DNA of 64,000 nucleotides from an uncultured virus (IMG/VR IMGVR_UViG_3300020049_004016) (lineage: Duplodnaviria; Heunggongvirae; Uroviricota; Caudoviricetes): the IMG/VR virus record IMGVR_UViG_3300020049_004016; one strand, given 5' to 3'. The position numbers and the translations under genes are program-made. Shown piece by piece: positions 55,730-64,000 of this stretch. The notes beneath the pieces were generated by a model that was not told the DNA's origin, did no database searches, and worked only from the letters and a program-made list of their open reading frames with translations. How positions within the stretch are numbered: the stretch's first letter is position 1; every line of letters begins with the position of its first letter.

Positions 55730-55986
55730 ATTTTTATTCCGTTTTTTTTTAACACGTTCGCCATAGAAAAATTAGAAGTTCTATAAAATTCAATTTCACC
55801 CAACCTTTTATCTATTTCTTTTTTATAAAAATCTATAAGGTTTTTATAATATTTTATTTCTCCTTCACTCAATGGTTCTTGAAATCTAGCGTCGCTTTTG
55901 GTTGTATCGAAAGGTTTAAAATATCTTTCATCCATCTGTTTATCCTCAATCAAAGTCAGAGATGTCCCCAGAGACGATCTCTGCAC
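55726..55986 (-). CDS. Hypothetical protein (start probably at the internal MDERYF)
   Basis: RBS GAGG before the internal ATG; AT-rich coiled coil. Confidence 0.5.
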   Translation of the reverse strand: MQRSSLGTSLTLIEDKQMDERYFKPFDTTKSDARFQEPLSEGEIKYYKNLIDFYKKEIDKRLGEIEFYRTSNFSMANVLKKNGIKI

Positions 55987-57073
55987 GGGGGTCGTTTTGG
56001 TGTGCCAGGGTTGGTTTGCCTTGTGTTTTGGAGATCAGGCCGTTCAGCAGTGCGGCTTTCTTCTTGCCTAAAGCCTTTTCCGCGGCTGGGGCGGTGATTA
56101 GTTTCTTCGGTGCGAACGCTTTGTCACCCAACTCTTCAGTGAGTATACGTTCAGCTGTTTGCTCATCTGACCATGATCGAGTCGATCTACCTACCACCAA
56201 CTTGTAACCTGGGAAATCTAAACCTTCTTGAAGACGTTCGAAAGCGAGATCCTCGATCGCTTCAAGCCAGCTGATGATGAGTTTCTTATTCTCTAAAGCG
56301 AATCTTAGATCTCTGGTGGACAGTTTGTCCGGTGACTTAGGCGCTACTGTTGCATCAGAGAAGTCGGCCAGCAGTGCGCTCTCAGTTAGATCCATGAGTT
56401 CTCGACAGGTCGCTTTGGCTTTGCAAAAACAACATTGCTTCTCTCCAGCGATGCGTGGCGCGTCAGGTAGTTCACACAGGCTTGCTCGATCTCTTACCCA
56501 TTCAGCCCAACGGAGCAGAGTTGTGACATCTGTTGACCATACTGAGATGTGATCAAGGCGTGGTTGCACGATGTGGATCTCGATGGTTTCTATGTTGTAT
56601 AAGAAACCAAAATCTGAGATCGCACCGAGTGCGTAGAGCTTCCCTTGAGGATTGTCGTCAGCGTCCACTCTGATACCTTTGCCGTACTTGAGGTCGATTA
56701 CCTTCATGAGAGAGCCATCAATAATGATCGCATCGCTGGTACCAAATGCGGCTGGGACCCACTCAGAGAAGTCCACTCTTTGCTCGATCATCCGTGTGCC
56801 AGGGTGAGAGTTAACGTAGTCTACGTATTCTTGCACGTAGATGCACATCTCTTCATCGACTACCCAGCCCGACTCTGGTAGCGTGGTGTGTAGATAAGAG
56901 ATCGCCTCACGATTGTTCTTAAGACAAAGCTCTGATAACTCGTGTGCAGCAGTGCCTTCGTGGGAAAATTTAGAAGACTTCTCAACTATTCCCTCTTCTG
57001 CTCTTACTGATCCAGGGCATGCAAGCCACCTGGATGCGCCCGATGCTGATAATTTTGCGTGTGCAATGCTCAT
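55946..57073 (-). CDS. DUF2800 / Cas4-like PD-(D/E)xK exonuclease
   Basis: HAKLSAS..RWLACPGS; EGTAAH; FGTSD; VIDLKYGKG; QGKLYALG; IVQPR; CCFCKAKATC. Confidence 0.9.
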   Translation of the reverse strand: MSIAHAKLSASGASRWLACPGSVRAEEGIVEKSSKFSHEGTAAHELSELCLKNNREAISYLHTTLPESGWVVDEEMCIYVQEYVDYVNSHPGTRMIEQRVDFSEWVPAAFGTSDAIIIDGSLMKVIDLKYGKGIRVDADDNPQGKLYALGAISDFGFLYNIETIEIHIVQPRLDHISVWSTDVTTLLRWAEWVRDRASLCELPDAPRIAGEKQCCFCKAKATCRELMDLTESALLADFSDATVAPKSPDKLSTRDLRFALENKKLIISWLEAIEDLAFERLQEGLDFPGYKLVVGRSTRSWSDEQTAERILTEELGDKAFAPKKLITAPAAEKALGKKKAALLNGLISKTQGKPTLAHQNDPRAEIVSGDISDFD

Positions 57074-57432
57074 GTTTTAGTTTCCTTTTCGAGTTCGCGT
57101 AGTCTACGCTTCTCTGCTCGGTCGTCGGCTTTCCACTGCCGGTACCGTGCGTTACGATCGTAGGCCGCTTGCTGGAACTCGTTATACTCGATCTTCAGGT
57201 TATCCCACACGTAAAACGTATCGCTGAGTAAATTGAGTTGATGTTTAACGACCGCGCAGTCATCTTCACCGAAGATTTTTGGTTTGTACTCTGTTAAGTT
57301 CTTACAGTTACGACCCTTGGCAATAACCGTTGCGACCATCGCGACAGCAATAGCGTCATCTTGAACGCTGTAGTTACGGATAATGATCCGTCTAGGCTCA
57401 AAGTCTGATTTTTTCTTTTCATTTTGGAACAT
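57070..57432 (-). CDS. Hypothetical protein
   Basis: Coupled ORF, 120 aa. Confidence 0.55.
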   Translation of the reverse strand: MFQNEKKKSDFEPRRIIIRNYSVQDDAIAVAMVATVIAKGRNCKNLTEYKPKIFGEDDCAVVKHQLNLLSDTFYVWDNLKIEYNEFQQAAYDRNARYRQWKADDRAEKRRLRELEKETKT

Positions 57433-57433
57433 A

Positions 57434-57757
57434 TTATTCTCCTATACCGTAATACTTATCTGCAAACCGAACACCATCTCTAAAAGCAAGATCATGATAA
57501 TTTTTATCTGAACTTTGATATCCTAAATCGATTTCATCATCACTCAAAGGCTCACGTTTTAATTTAAGTTTTGCTTCTGCATAACCTCTTTGATATGCTT
57601 CTTGATTCCAATATGAGTCAAGCGCATGCCGTGTTGGCTCTTGCTCAGGCTGGGCGAGTAGCCTTCTTATTTTTCCATGATTAATACTTCCAATATCAAA
57701 CCGATCATCTTCATGTTGGTCTAGTATGTTTTGCAACAACTCTCTTTCTTTACTCAT
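57434..57757 (-). CDS. MSKER/LAQPE family protein E
   Basis: MSKERELL..LAQPEQEP..EPLSDDEI..YGIGE; start at internal ATG 57757. Confidence 0.7.
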   Translation of the reverse strand: MSKERELLQNILDQHEDDRFDIGSINHGKIRRLLAQPEQEPTRHALDSYWNQEAYQRGYAEAKLKLKREPLSDDEIDLGYQSSDKNYHDLAFRDGVRFADKYYGIGE

Positions 57758-58083
57758 CACCACCTCCAAGTTATACCGTGAGCTTTTTCTACTCTTCTTA
57801 TCCATCTGATGACGTATCTGACTTGATGATCGTCCATATTTTCAACAATCCCTTCTTTATCAAGAGCATATATAGCATCTTCTGATAAGGGTTTGGGTAG
57901 TGCAAACTCATTGACCCCTTGTCTAAACCCTTTCCCATACCATTCAATCTTTGTTTCTGCTAAAAGAGGCTCAGGTTCAGGTTGGGCGAGGAGTTCTTTA
58001 GTTTCTTCAAGTAGGCTCATATTAGAACCACGCCACATACACTCAACTAACCACTTCTTAAGTAACTCTCTTTCTTTACTCAT
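57757..58083 (-). CDS. MSKER/LAQPE family protein F
   Basis: MSKERELL..LAQPEPEP..KPLSED..EKAHGI. Confidence 0.7.
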   Translation of the reverse strand: MSKERELLKKWLVECMWRGSNMSLLEETKELLAQPEPEPLLAETKIEWYGKGFRQGVNEFALPKPLSEDAIYALDKEGIVENMDDHQVRYVIRWIRRVEKAHGITWRW

Positions 58084-58239
58084 AACTACCCCTATTTTCC
58101 TTTCTCCAACGCCTTAAATCTCTCTTTTCGATAAAGTCATCGTAGACAAACCCAGAAAACCAAATTACACAACAGACTACCAGCACAGCAAAAGCTGTAA
58201 TCAAAACACAGCCCATAATTTGTACATAAAAACCACTTG

Positions 58240-58428
58240 TCATCGTCGTTCTCCTGCGAACTTGCGTTGTAAGATTTTGGAGCATCTGACATGCGCACCA
58301 CGTACACCTCTGGCCGTTTGGCAGATGGGGCACATAGACGTGTTACTCATACCCGTATTGTTCTTGTTTCTTTCCTGCGCTAGCAGGTTGCCTTCCATTC
58401 TGTAGATCGTCTCACCGAATCTGTTCAT
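58240..58428 (-). CDS. Small Zn-finger hypothetical protein
   Basis: CPICQ...HVRCSK. Confidence 0.55.
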   Translation of the reverse strand: MNRFGETIYRMEGNLLAQERNKNNTGMSNTSMCPICQTARGVRGAHVRCSKILQRKFAGERR

Positions 58429-58446
58429 AGTGTTCCCCTATGATCG

Positions 58447-58857
58447 TTATAGTGCGCTTAAGCGCTCTTTAAGTTCCTCAAGATGTACATCCGCGACTTT
58501 GGCGAGGTGTGTAGCACCGTTGTACTCACTGATGATTTTTACAATGTGAGGCTTTAATGTACGGTCTTTTACGATCTTGGACGAGCAGATCTCTTGCAAC
58601 TCAACACGAAGCTGCGCAGGGTCGTTGACTTCCTTCTTCAAGTCTGCCACTGTTAAAGGCTCGCATGTTGGAGCGGGTTGCTCGACTTCGATCTTTGCCT
58701 TCGCTTTCTTAGGCTCAGGTTGAGCGGTTTGTTTCAACGATTCTTCAACTTGCGACAGATCGGGTCTCACCCCGTTGCTGTAGTTGAGCAGAGTGATCGC
58801 CAAGGTGAGTTGACCGATGCTTTCGTTTAGGGTTTTAATGCTTTCTTCTAGTGACAT
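58447..58857 (-). CDS. Hypothetical replication-module protein
   Basis: MSLEESIKTLN coiled coil, linker and C-terminal helical domain; first gene after a promoter. Confidence 0.65.
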   Translation of the reverse strand: MSLEESIKTLNESIGQLTLAITLLNYSNGVRPDLSQVEESLKQTAQPEPKKAKAKIEVEQPAPTCEPLTVADLKKEVNDPAQLRVELQEICSSKIVKDRTLKPHIVKIISEYNGATHLAKVADVHLEELKERLSAL

Positions 58858-58912
58858 TTGATTGTTTCCTTTTAGTTGACAGTGTTCCGTGGAACATATT
58901 TTGTTTTGACGG

Positions 58913-58946
58913 TGTTAAGCATATGTCAACACCGTTGGCGTGTCAA
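58913..58946 (-). promoter_or_regulatory. sigma70 promoter with overlapping 19-bp operator
   Basis: TTGACA-N17-TATGCT on the - strand; TGTTAAG-CATAT-GTCAACA at 58913-58931. Confidence 0.8.
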
Positions 58947-58963
58947 ACTTTATTTTGTGTTTT

Positions 58964-59239
58964 TCATCCTGCGTTATAAGACGCGAGGATTATTTTTTGA
59001 GTTGGGTTGTTTGAAGTGCCGAGCAGTGTGACTTGCACTTGGTCTGGCGAGTTCGCCCACACAGCTGCGCCTGGGTAACGGTGATCCTCTTCCCAGTGGT
59101 CTGTCGCATTTATTGTAAGTGTTGACCCTAAATAAGGGTGTATTTGTTTGGCACTTTCTTCGTCAGGTGCACAGACGACCATGGAGTCGTAGGTGTCGTA
59201 GTCGTCATTTACGTTTTGTTCTAGTAGATAAATGTTCAT
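58964..59239 (-). CDS. Hypothetical phage protein
   Basis: YDTYDSMVVCAPDEESAKQIHP...IILASYNAG. Confidence 0.7.
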   Translation of the reverse strand: MNIYLLEQNVNDDYDTYDSMVVCAPDEESAKQIHPYLGSTLTINATDHWEEDHRYPGAAVWANSPDQVQVTLLGTSNNPTQKIILASYNAG

Positions 59240-59281
59240 AGTTTTTAATTTGGAATTAGTTGTTGTGATTAGAGGTTGTTA

Positions 59282-59300
59282 TGTTAAGCTATGCTCAACA
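59282..59300. promoter_or_regulatory. Most symmetric operator copy, in the divergent region upstream of the Cro-like gene
   Basis: TGTTAAG-CTATG-CTCAACA. Confidence 0.7.
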
Positions 59301-59326
59301 TTAACACAAGCGGAGATTTAAAGAAG

Positions 59327-59548
59327 ATGATTATTGATGAGATTATAGTGTATTTCGGTTCACGGGCGAAGCTCGCCAGGCTGCTGCAGGTGGATCGTTC
59401 GGCAGTGACGATGTGGGTTAACAAAGACCGCGCTATACCACCTAAGCGTGCGATCGAGATCGAGGTGCTCAGTGAGGGTAAGTTTTTAGCGAAAGATATC
59501 GTATTAGAGTGGTGGAGAGCGGGTGATCGTGATGACTCGGCTGTATAA
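59327..59548 (+). CDS. Cro/YdaS-like HTH regulator
   Basis: YFGSRAKLARLLQVDRSAVTMW..IPPKRAIEIE; GGAG before ATG 59327. Confidence 0.85.
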   Translation: MIIDEIIVYFGSRAKLARLLQVDRSAVTMWVNKDRAIPPKRAIEIEVLSEGKFLAKDIVLEWWRAGDRDDSAV

Positions 59549-62000
59549 GATCGCGGTAGGTCGCGCGGACAAGGGGGTTATTGAGAACATCGAGAAGAGT
59601 TGGGCGGGGTTGGTTAAGGGGTTTACTCGGCACAAAGTGAGCGCGAAGAAAGGTGGTGCGTTTTTCGTCGGAGGTTCTTTTAAGGGGGCTCGAAGAGTGG
59701 AAGACGAGCTAGTGTCGCGGTCGTTATTGACCTTGGATATTGACGATTCTGGCATGACGTTGGGCGAGTTGCAGTTAGGCTTGCAATTAGGGTTAGATTG
59801 TGCCTTCGTGGCTTACTCGACTTACTCACACTCGGTGGACGTACCGAAGATACGTGTTATCGTTCCGTTGTCAAGTGATATTAAAGCGTGCGATTACAGA
59901 GACTTATCGATGAAAGTCTGTTCTGGTATCGGTATCAAGGTGGACGCGTGTTCGTTCAAGGCCAACCAGCTCATGTACATGCCGACCGCAGCGGATTTGG
60001 ACGGGGTGTGGACTTTCGTGCAAGATGGTGATCCGTATTTGGTTGACGAATTAGTGGGTGTTGATGGGGTGGTTGGAGTTGGTGTTGGTGTTGATGTTGC
60101 GGCTGTGGAGTCTAACGACGAGGCTCAGGGGCTGATAGACGCGCTGAAGGAAGAGCCCTTGGATATCTCTGACGCTGAGGTGGACGCGTATTTAGTCGCT
60201 TATCCAGCACTGGGGTTGTCGTACGATGACTGGTTCAAAGTGGGGTGCTCGTTGCATCACCAGTTTAGAGGGTCGGAGGCGGGTTTTGTTAGGTGGTACG
60301 AGTGGTCTTTGTTAGGTAAGTTTGATGAAGACGAAGACAAGATGCGGAGGAAGTGGCCTGGGTTGGGTAAGCGCGAGAATATTCGCACTTTCGCATCGGT
60401 TAAGTGGTCTGTGAAGGATCGTTTTGGGATTGTTTTGGATCGTGAAGTGGCGATTCGGGCAGATTTGTTTGATGATCTGTTAGTAGAGGCTTCAAATATC
60501 GACGATATGGGGTCATACAGCGCGTTTAAGACGAAAATACTCAAAATCAATGCTACGGTACTGGGTAGCGATTTACGGGGCATGTTGGCCTCTGAGTTGG
60601 CTAATTCGTTTGGTAAGAGTGTTGGGATAACCAAGGCAGAGATTAAGAAGGCGTTAACACCTGTTAAGGGAGGTGGTGATTTTAGCAGGGGTGGTGATGA
60701 AGGTGATCTTCCTGGGTGGTTGGTAGGGTGGATCTACGTTGAGTCGCAGCTCTTGTTTTACCACGTTGAGTTAAATTACGGGATAAGACGGGAGGCGTTT
60801 AACGCCAAGTATGACAGGGAAGATGAATGCACGGGTGCGGGGATGCAGGCTTCTCATGTCGCGCTTGTTGTTTTTAAGATAGAGACAGTGGTCGATACGA
60901 TTTATTGGGCTGGTGGCGCGGAAATACTTAGGTATGAGGGTAAGTCTATGCTTAACACTTATCGTCGCGTAGGGGTGGCTCCTTGTTCGAATTTGGGGTG
61001 GTTTAGCGAGGGTTCGGAGATCGTTGGGTTATTTCGTCGACATTTAGAGTTGTTGATTGAAGATCCGAAAGAGCAGGATCTTTTGTTGCATTCGTTGGTG
61101 TTTATTTACCAGAACCCTGGTAGGAAGATGAACTGGTCGATTGTGTTGCAGGGTGTACCAGGGTCGGGTAAGACTTATTTTGCAGATGTGATGAAGTTGT
61201 TGCTTGGGGATGGTGTGCGGTCTTTGGGTGCGAGTTCGATTGGTGGACGGTTTAACGGTTGGGCGACAGGGTGTTTACTTAACGTCGTTGAAGAGATACG
61301 GGTTGCAGGGTCAAATCGATATGAAATACTCGACATGATTAAACCGTTGATCTCGAACGATATGATACAGATTGAAGAGAAGGGGAAGGATCATAGGACA
61401 GTGCCTAACTTTACGTCGTATTTGATGCTGACTAACCACAAAGACGCGTTGCCGTTGGGTGATAACGATAGGCGTTACTGCGTTATCTTTTCAAAGATAC
61501 AGACCGAAGAGCAGTTATATGAGGTTTTTGGAGGTGAGGAAGGCACAGAGCGTTATTTTGATACGTTGTTCGGGAAGAGTCGAAAACATTCGGACGAGTT
61601 AGCACGTTTCTTTACCGATTACGTTTTACCTGAGTCTTTTAAGCCGTTCGGACGTGCACCGGTGACTGTCGCTAAGGAAGAGATGAAAGAATTAGCGATC
61701 AGTGGTCCTCGGCAGGTTCTTGAAGATTTGTTAGATAAACATCGCTGCGGTTGCATTACGAAAGATTTTATTGATGTGTCGTATTTGAATGATTTGTGTG
61801 AAGGTTTGGGTGATGAAGTTCCGAAAAGAAAAGGGTTGTCATCAATTTTATTAGAAATGGGTTATCGGCAGATGAAGGGGCGATATTTCAGAACTTACAA
61901 ACCGGAAAGAAAACATTACATGTGGGTGAAGGAGGGTAAGAAAGATGAGTGGGTGATTGAGCAAGTTAAAAAGTTTTTGAAAGATGATGGTGAGATTTGA
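59523..62000 (+). CDS. Primase-helicase (prim-pol N-domain, PriCT-2, SF3/DUF5906 ATPase)
   Basis: LTLDID..YSTYSH..KIRVIVPL; SYDDWFKVGCSLH; LQGVPGSGKT; VVEEI; LTNHKDAL..DRRY. Confidence 0.88.
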   Translation: MIVMTRLYKIAVGRADKGVIENIEKSWAGLVKGFTRHKVSAKKGGAFFVGGSFKGARRVEDELVSRSLLTLDIDDSGMTLGELQLGLQLGLDCAFVAYSTYSHSVDVPKIRVIVPLSSDIKACDYRDLSMKVCSGIGIKVDACSFKANQLMYMPTAADLDGVWTFVQDGDPYLVDELVGVDGVVGVGVGVDVAAVESNDEAQGLIDALKEEPLDISDAEVDAYLVAYPALGLSYDDWFKVGCSLHHQFRGSEAGFVRWYEWSLLGKFDEDEDKMRRKWPGLGKRENIRTFASVKWSVKDRFGIVLDREVAIRADLFDDLLVEASNIDDMGSYSAFKTKILKINATVLGSDLRGMLASELANSFGKSVGITKAEIKKALTPVKGGGDFSRGGDEGDLPGWLVGWIYVESQLLFYHVELNYGIRREAFNAKYDREDECTGAGMQASHVALVVFKIETVVDTIYWAGGAEILRYEGKSMLNTYRRVGVAPCSNLGWFSEGSEIVGLFRRHLELLIEDPKEQDLLLHSLVFIYQNPGRKMNWSIVLQGVPGSGKTYFADVMKLLLGDGVRSLGASSIGGRFNGWATGCLLNVVEEIRVAGSNRYEILDMIKPLISNDMIQIEEKGKDHRTVPNFTSYLMLTNHKDALPLGDNDRRYCVIFSKIQTEEQLYEVFGGEEGTERYFDTLFGKSRKHSDELARFFTDYVLPESFKPFGRAPVTVAKEEMKELAISGPRQVLEDLLDKHRCGCITKDFIDVSYLNDLCEGLGDEVPKRKGLSSILLEMGYRQMKGRYFRTYKPERKHYMWVKEGKKDEWVIEQVKKFLKDDGEI

Positions 62001-62394
62001 TTTTGTAGCACGGGTGGTTGGAAATATCCACCGCCCCAACCGCCTTTAATCAACGCCCATAAAAAAATGGTTATGGGCGTTGGTAACTTATTGATTTTTA
62101 TTTATTTTATATACTATACCGCCCCAAAGCCTCAATAATATTATAAAAAGTATATTAGGAATTTAAAATATATTTTTTTAGTTTTATAATTTTACACATA
62201 GATATTTTTTTTTTTTCATAGTAAGAGTATGAAAAGTTATGGGCGGTGCTTTTATGGGCGTTGAAGAGTGCTGAAGTCAAGAGTACCAAGGTGTGGAGAG
62301 CCGCCCACAATAGTTTTTTTAATGGGCGGTTAACGCCTTTTATAGGTTATTTTAAAGTTACCGCCCCAATCATTTTAATTTTTAGGAGAAAAAC
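62001..62394. repeat. Putative replication origin with iteron-like repeats
   Basis: Nine CGCCC-core 9-mers in both orientations around a very AT-rich tract; IHF consensus at 62084-62096. Confidence 0.55.
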
Positions 62395-62862
62395 ATGCGA
62401 CACGGTGGAGGAAATACTCACTGCGAAAAGAAGCCAGAACCGGAAAATAATTTTGATCCGGAGACTGGTTTATATCATTATCGACAAATTGGCGGTTTTA
62501 ATTGGGTACCGAGATGCCTCGGCTATAAGCCAAAATCGACAATTCAATGCGGTTTTGTCGCTCTAAAAAGTTCGAGAACTCAAAAATGTGTACGACATGG
62601 AGGCAATTCTGGGCATAAAAAGAACCCGACTTTGGCTAAAATTAAGACAAAAACAGGTGAATTTACGCGTGAGAAGAACGCTGCGAAGGTTCAAAAGAAC
62701 CTCGATTTACGATTGATGGCCGAGGTTTTAGCGTTGACTGGAGGGATAGAAATTGCCAAACCAAAGGGGAGAACGTCTAAAAATTACGTGCCTATCACGA
62801 ATATTGAGGACGCAGAAAAGTTCCTTTTAGACAAAATGGAGCGAGATTCTAAGAAGAAATGA
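62395..62862 (+). CDS. HGGxSTG-like zinc-binding protein
   Basis: RBS AGGAG; RC...QC...KCVRHGGNSG. Confidence 0.6.
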   Translation: MRHGGGNTHCEKKPEPENNFDPETGLYHYRQIGGFNWVPRCLGYKPKSTIQCGFVALKSSRTQKCVRHGGNSGHKKNPTLAKIKTKTGEFTREKNAAKVQKNLDLRLMAEVLALTGGIEIAKPKGRTSKNYVPITNIEDAEKFLLDKMERDSKKK

Positions 62863-63036
62863 GTTATTAAAACCTTATGATTTTGCTTTTGTCGGTACGA
62901 TCATAAGGTGTGTTCCTATCACCCTATGAATAGATAAATATCGCTCAAAGGGTTATAGATCGCCCGTTCCTAACACAATATGAATAGATACTAGCTAGGC
63001 CTATCACGAATATTGTCGCCAGGATCCTGAGATTTT

Positions 63037-63423
63037 TTATAGTTTACCCATGATATAAAAAACATGGCGCCCGATAGTTTTGACTTTTTTGCCTCGATCA
63101 TGAGGTATTTTTTGGACGTTCCAACTATCGGCTGTGCCTATCGTACTACTAGAGTGCAATGAGAGCTTGGCAAGTTGATAAAAGAAAGGTTTTAATGCCT
63201 TGTTTGGTGGTTTACGCGTTACGCCTTTTATATAGCATACGGGCAAGCCAGACCGTTTGGAGCGGTTTAACGATGCGTGTGCAACTGCTATCATCCCAAG
63301 TTTACTTTCGCCCCGTGACTCGCTGTAAATGATATCTGCAAGGCATTTTACCTGGCTGCTTTGCGCGTGGGTAATAGTTGGTACGCATAATAGAACGCTG
63401 GATAATATTATTTTCTTAAGCAT
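63037..63423 (-). CDS. SleB-like cell wall hydrolase with signal peptide
   Basis: CLADIIYSESRGES..GMIAVAH..LNR; TIGRHVFY. Confidence 0.85.
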   Translation of the reverse strand: MLKKIILSSVLLCVPTITHAQSSQVKCLADIIYSESRGESKLGMIAVAHASLNRSKRSGLPVCYIKGVTRKPPNKALKPFFYQLAKLSLHSSSTIGTADSWNVQKIPHDRGKKVKTIGRHVFYIMGKL

Positions 63424-63450
63424 ATTTTAAAACCTTTAAATTCTAGACAC

Positions 63451-63485
63451 AAAAAAGGGTAGCTTTTAATAATTAAGCTACCCTT
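63451..63485 (-). terminator. Rho-independent terminator
   Basis: AAGGGTAGCTT inverted repeat with a U-run on the - strand. Confidence 0.75.
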
Positions 63486-63496
63486 AAGGGGATAAT

Positions 63497-63721
63497 TTAA
63501 GGTTTTAAATGTTTAAACTTGCCAAATCTAACATCGTAATCAAAATCAATCCACTCTTTACATTTATCAATGGTTTTATAAACCGAATTGTTATGAATGC
63601 CTGATATTGTAAAACCTTTTAAAAGAATGTTTTTAGTTATCCCGTCTTTTGTTTCTGTTTTACAATGATTGCTAATTACACAATGTTTATACCTTATTAT
63701 TGTTGTTGTTAGTTCTATCAT
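63497..63721 (-). CDS. Hypothetical protein
   Basis: Coupled small ORF. Confidence 0.5.
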   Translation of the reverse strand: MIELTTTIIRYKHCVISNHCKTETKDGITKNILLKGFTISGIHNNSVYKTIDKCKEWIDFDYDVRFGKFKHLKP

Positions 63722-63722
63722 T

Positions 63723-63932
63723 TTATTTAATCCTTTTCATTTCTTGAAAACTGTCAGTCTCTGTTACCAGTTTTGAAACTGTATACAGGTTGCCATCCAT
63801 TATCAAAAACAAACCCTGTTTAGTCCTTTGTATTACCACAAGATCTTTATCAATCGGGTAGTAAGACCCAGCCATAAAATCAAGGATTAAAACAAGGATT
63901 ATTGATAATAGTATTAATATTTTATTTTTCAT
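63723..63932 (-). CDS. Small membrane protein
   Basis: N-terminal hydrophobic helix ILILLSIILVLILDFM. Confidence 0.55.
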   Translation of the reverse strand: MKNKILILLSIILVLILDFMAGSYYPIDKDLVVIQRTKQGLFLIMDGNLYTVSKLVTETDSFQEMKRIK

Positions 63933-64000
63933 GGTCTTTTATCCTTTTATATTTTATAAAATCGATTGTTTTTATAGTGGTAACTTATAACCAATTCGTC

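Noticed and set aside
55946..57073. CRISPR-Cas system suggested by the Cas4-like nuclease
   Set aside because: No repeat-spacer array or other cas genes; it is the standard phage exonuclease in the replication module with SSB and polymerase
62246..62566. 106-aa ORF over the origin-like repeats
   Set aside because: Weak start, runs through the iterons and overlaps the RBS-supported gene at 62395
1..64000. Integrated prophage, tRNA genes or terminal repeats
   Set aside because: No integrase, att-flanked host genes, tRNA cloverleaf or end-to-end repeat recognised by eye; tRNAscan and a longer contig would be needed to exclude them

Overview
The window is most of a tailed dsDNA bacteriophage genome with P22/APSE-like podovirus gene content (portal, adaptor and nozzle-type proteins, ejection proteins, no tape measure). 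The host is probably a Gram-negative proteobacterium, inferred from sigma70-type promoters, IHF-consensus sites and a lipobox protein. No host chromosome, integrase, tRNA or CRISPR array was recognised. The + strand at 1138-40984 is the late operon: terminase with an intein, portal, GroES, scaffold, capsid, several tail fibres, lysis genes and ejection proteins. The - strand at 41025-59239 holds early/middle genes: ThyX, dCTP deaminase, SNF2 helicase, VRR-NUC, family-B DNA polymerase, SSB, Rha, an exonuclease and many small ORFs. At 59327-62862 (+) are a Cro-like HTH gene, a primase-helicase and a putative origin. Highlights: (1) the DNA polymerase is split at the fingers hairpin by a free-standing GIY-YIG endonuclease with no intron, and both halves carry coiled-coil-like ends; (2) two homologous, covarying c4/CI-like antisense-attenuator RNA leaders precede an HNH gene and a Rha gene; (3) a pseudoknotted RNA leader lies downstream of the capsid gene; (4) the terminase intein is Ala-initiated (class 3); (5) six MSKERELL...LAQPE...GIG modular cassette genes; (6) a 19-bp operator occurs at five promoters; (7) a recurrent [MYF][AK]xGG motif in putative internal head proteins. 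All calls are from manual motif reading; no database searches were run.
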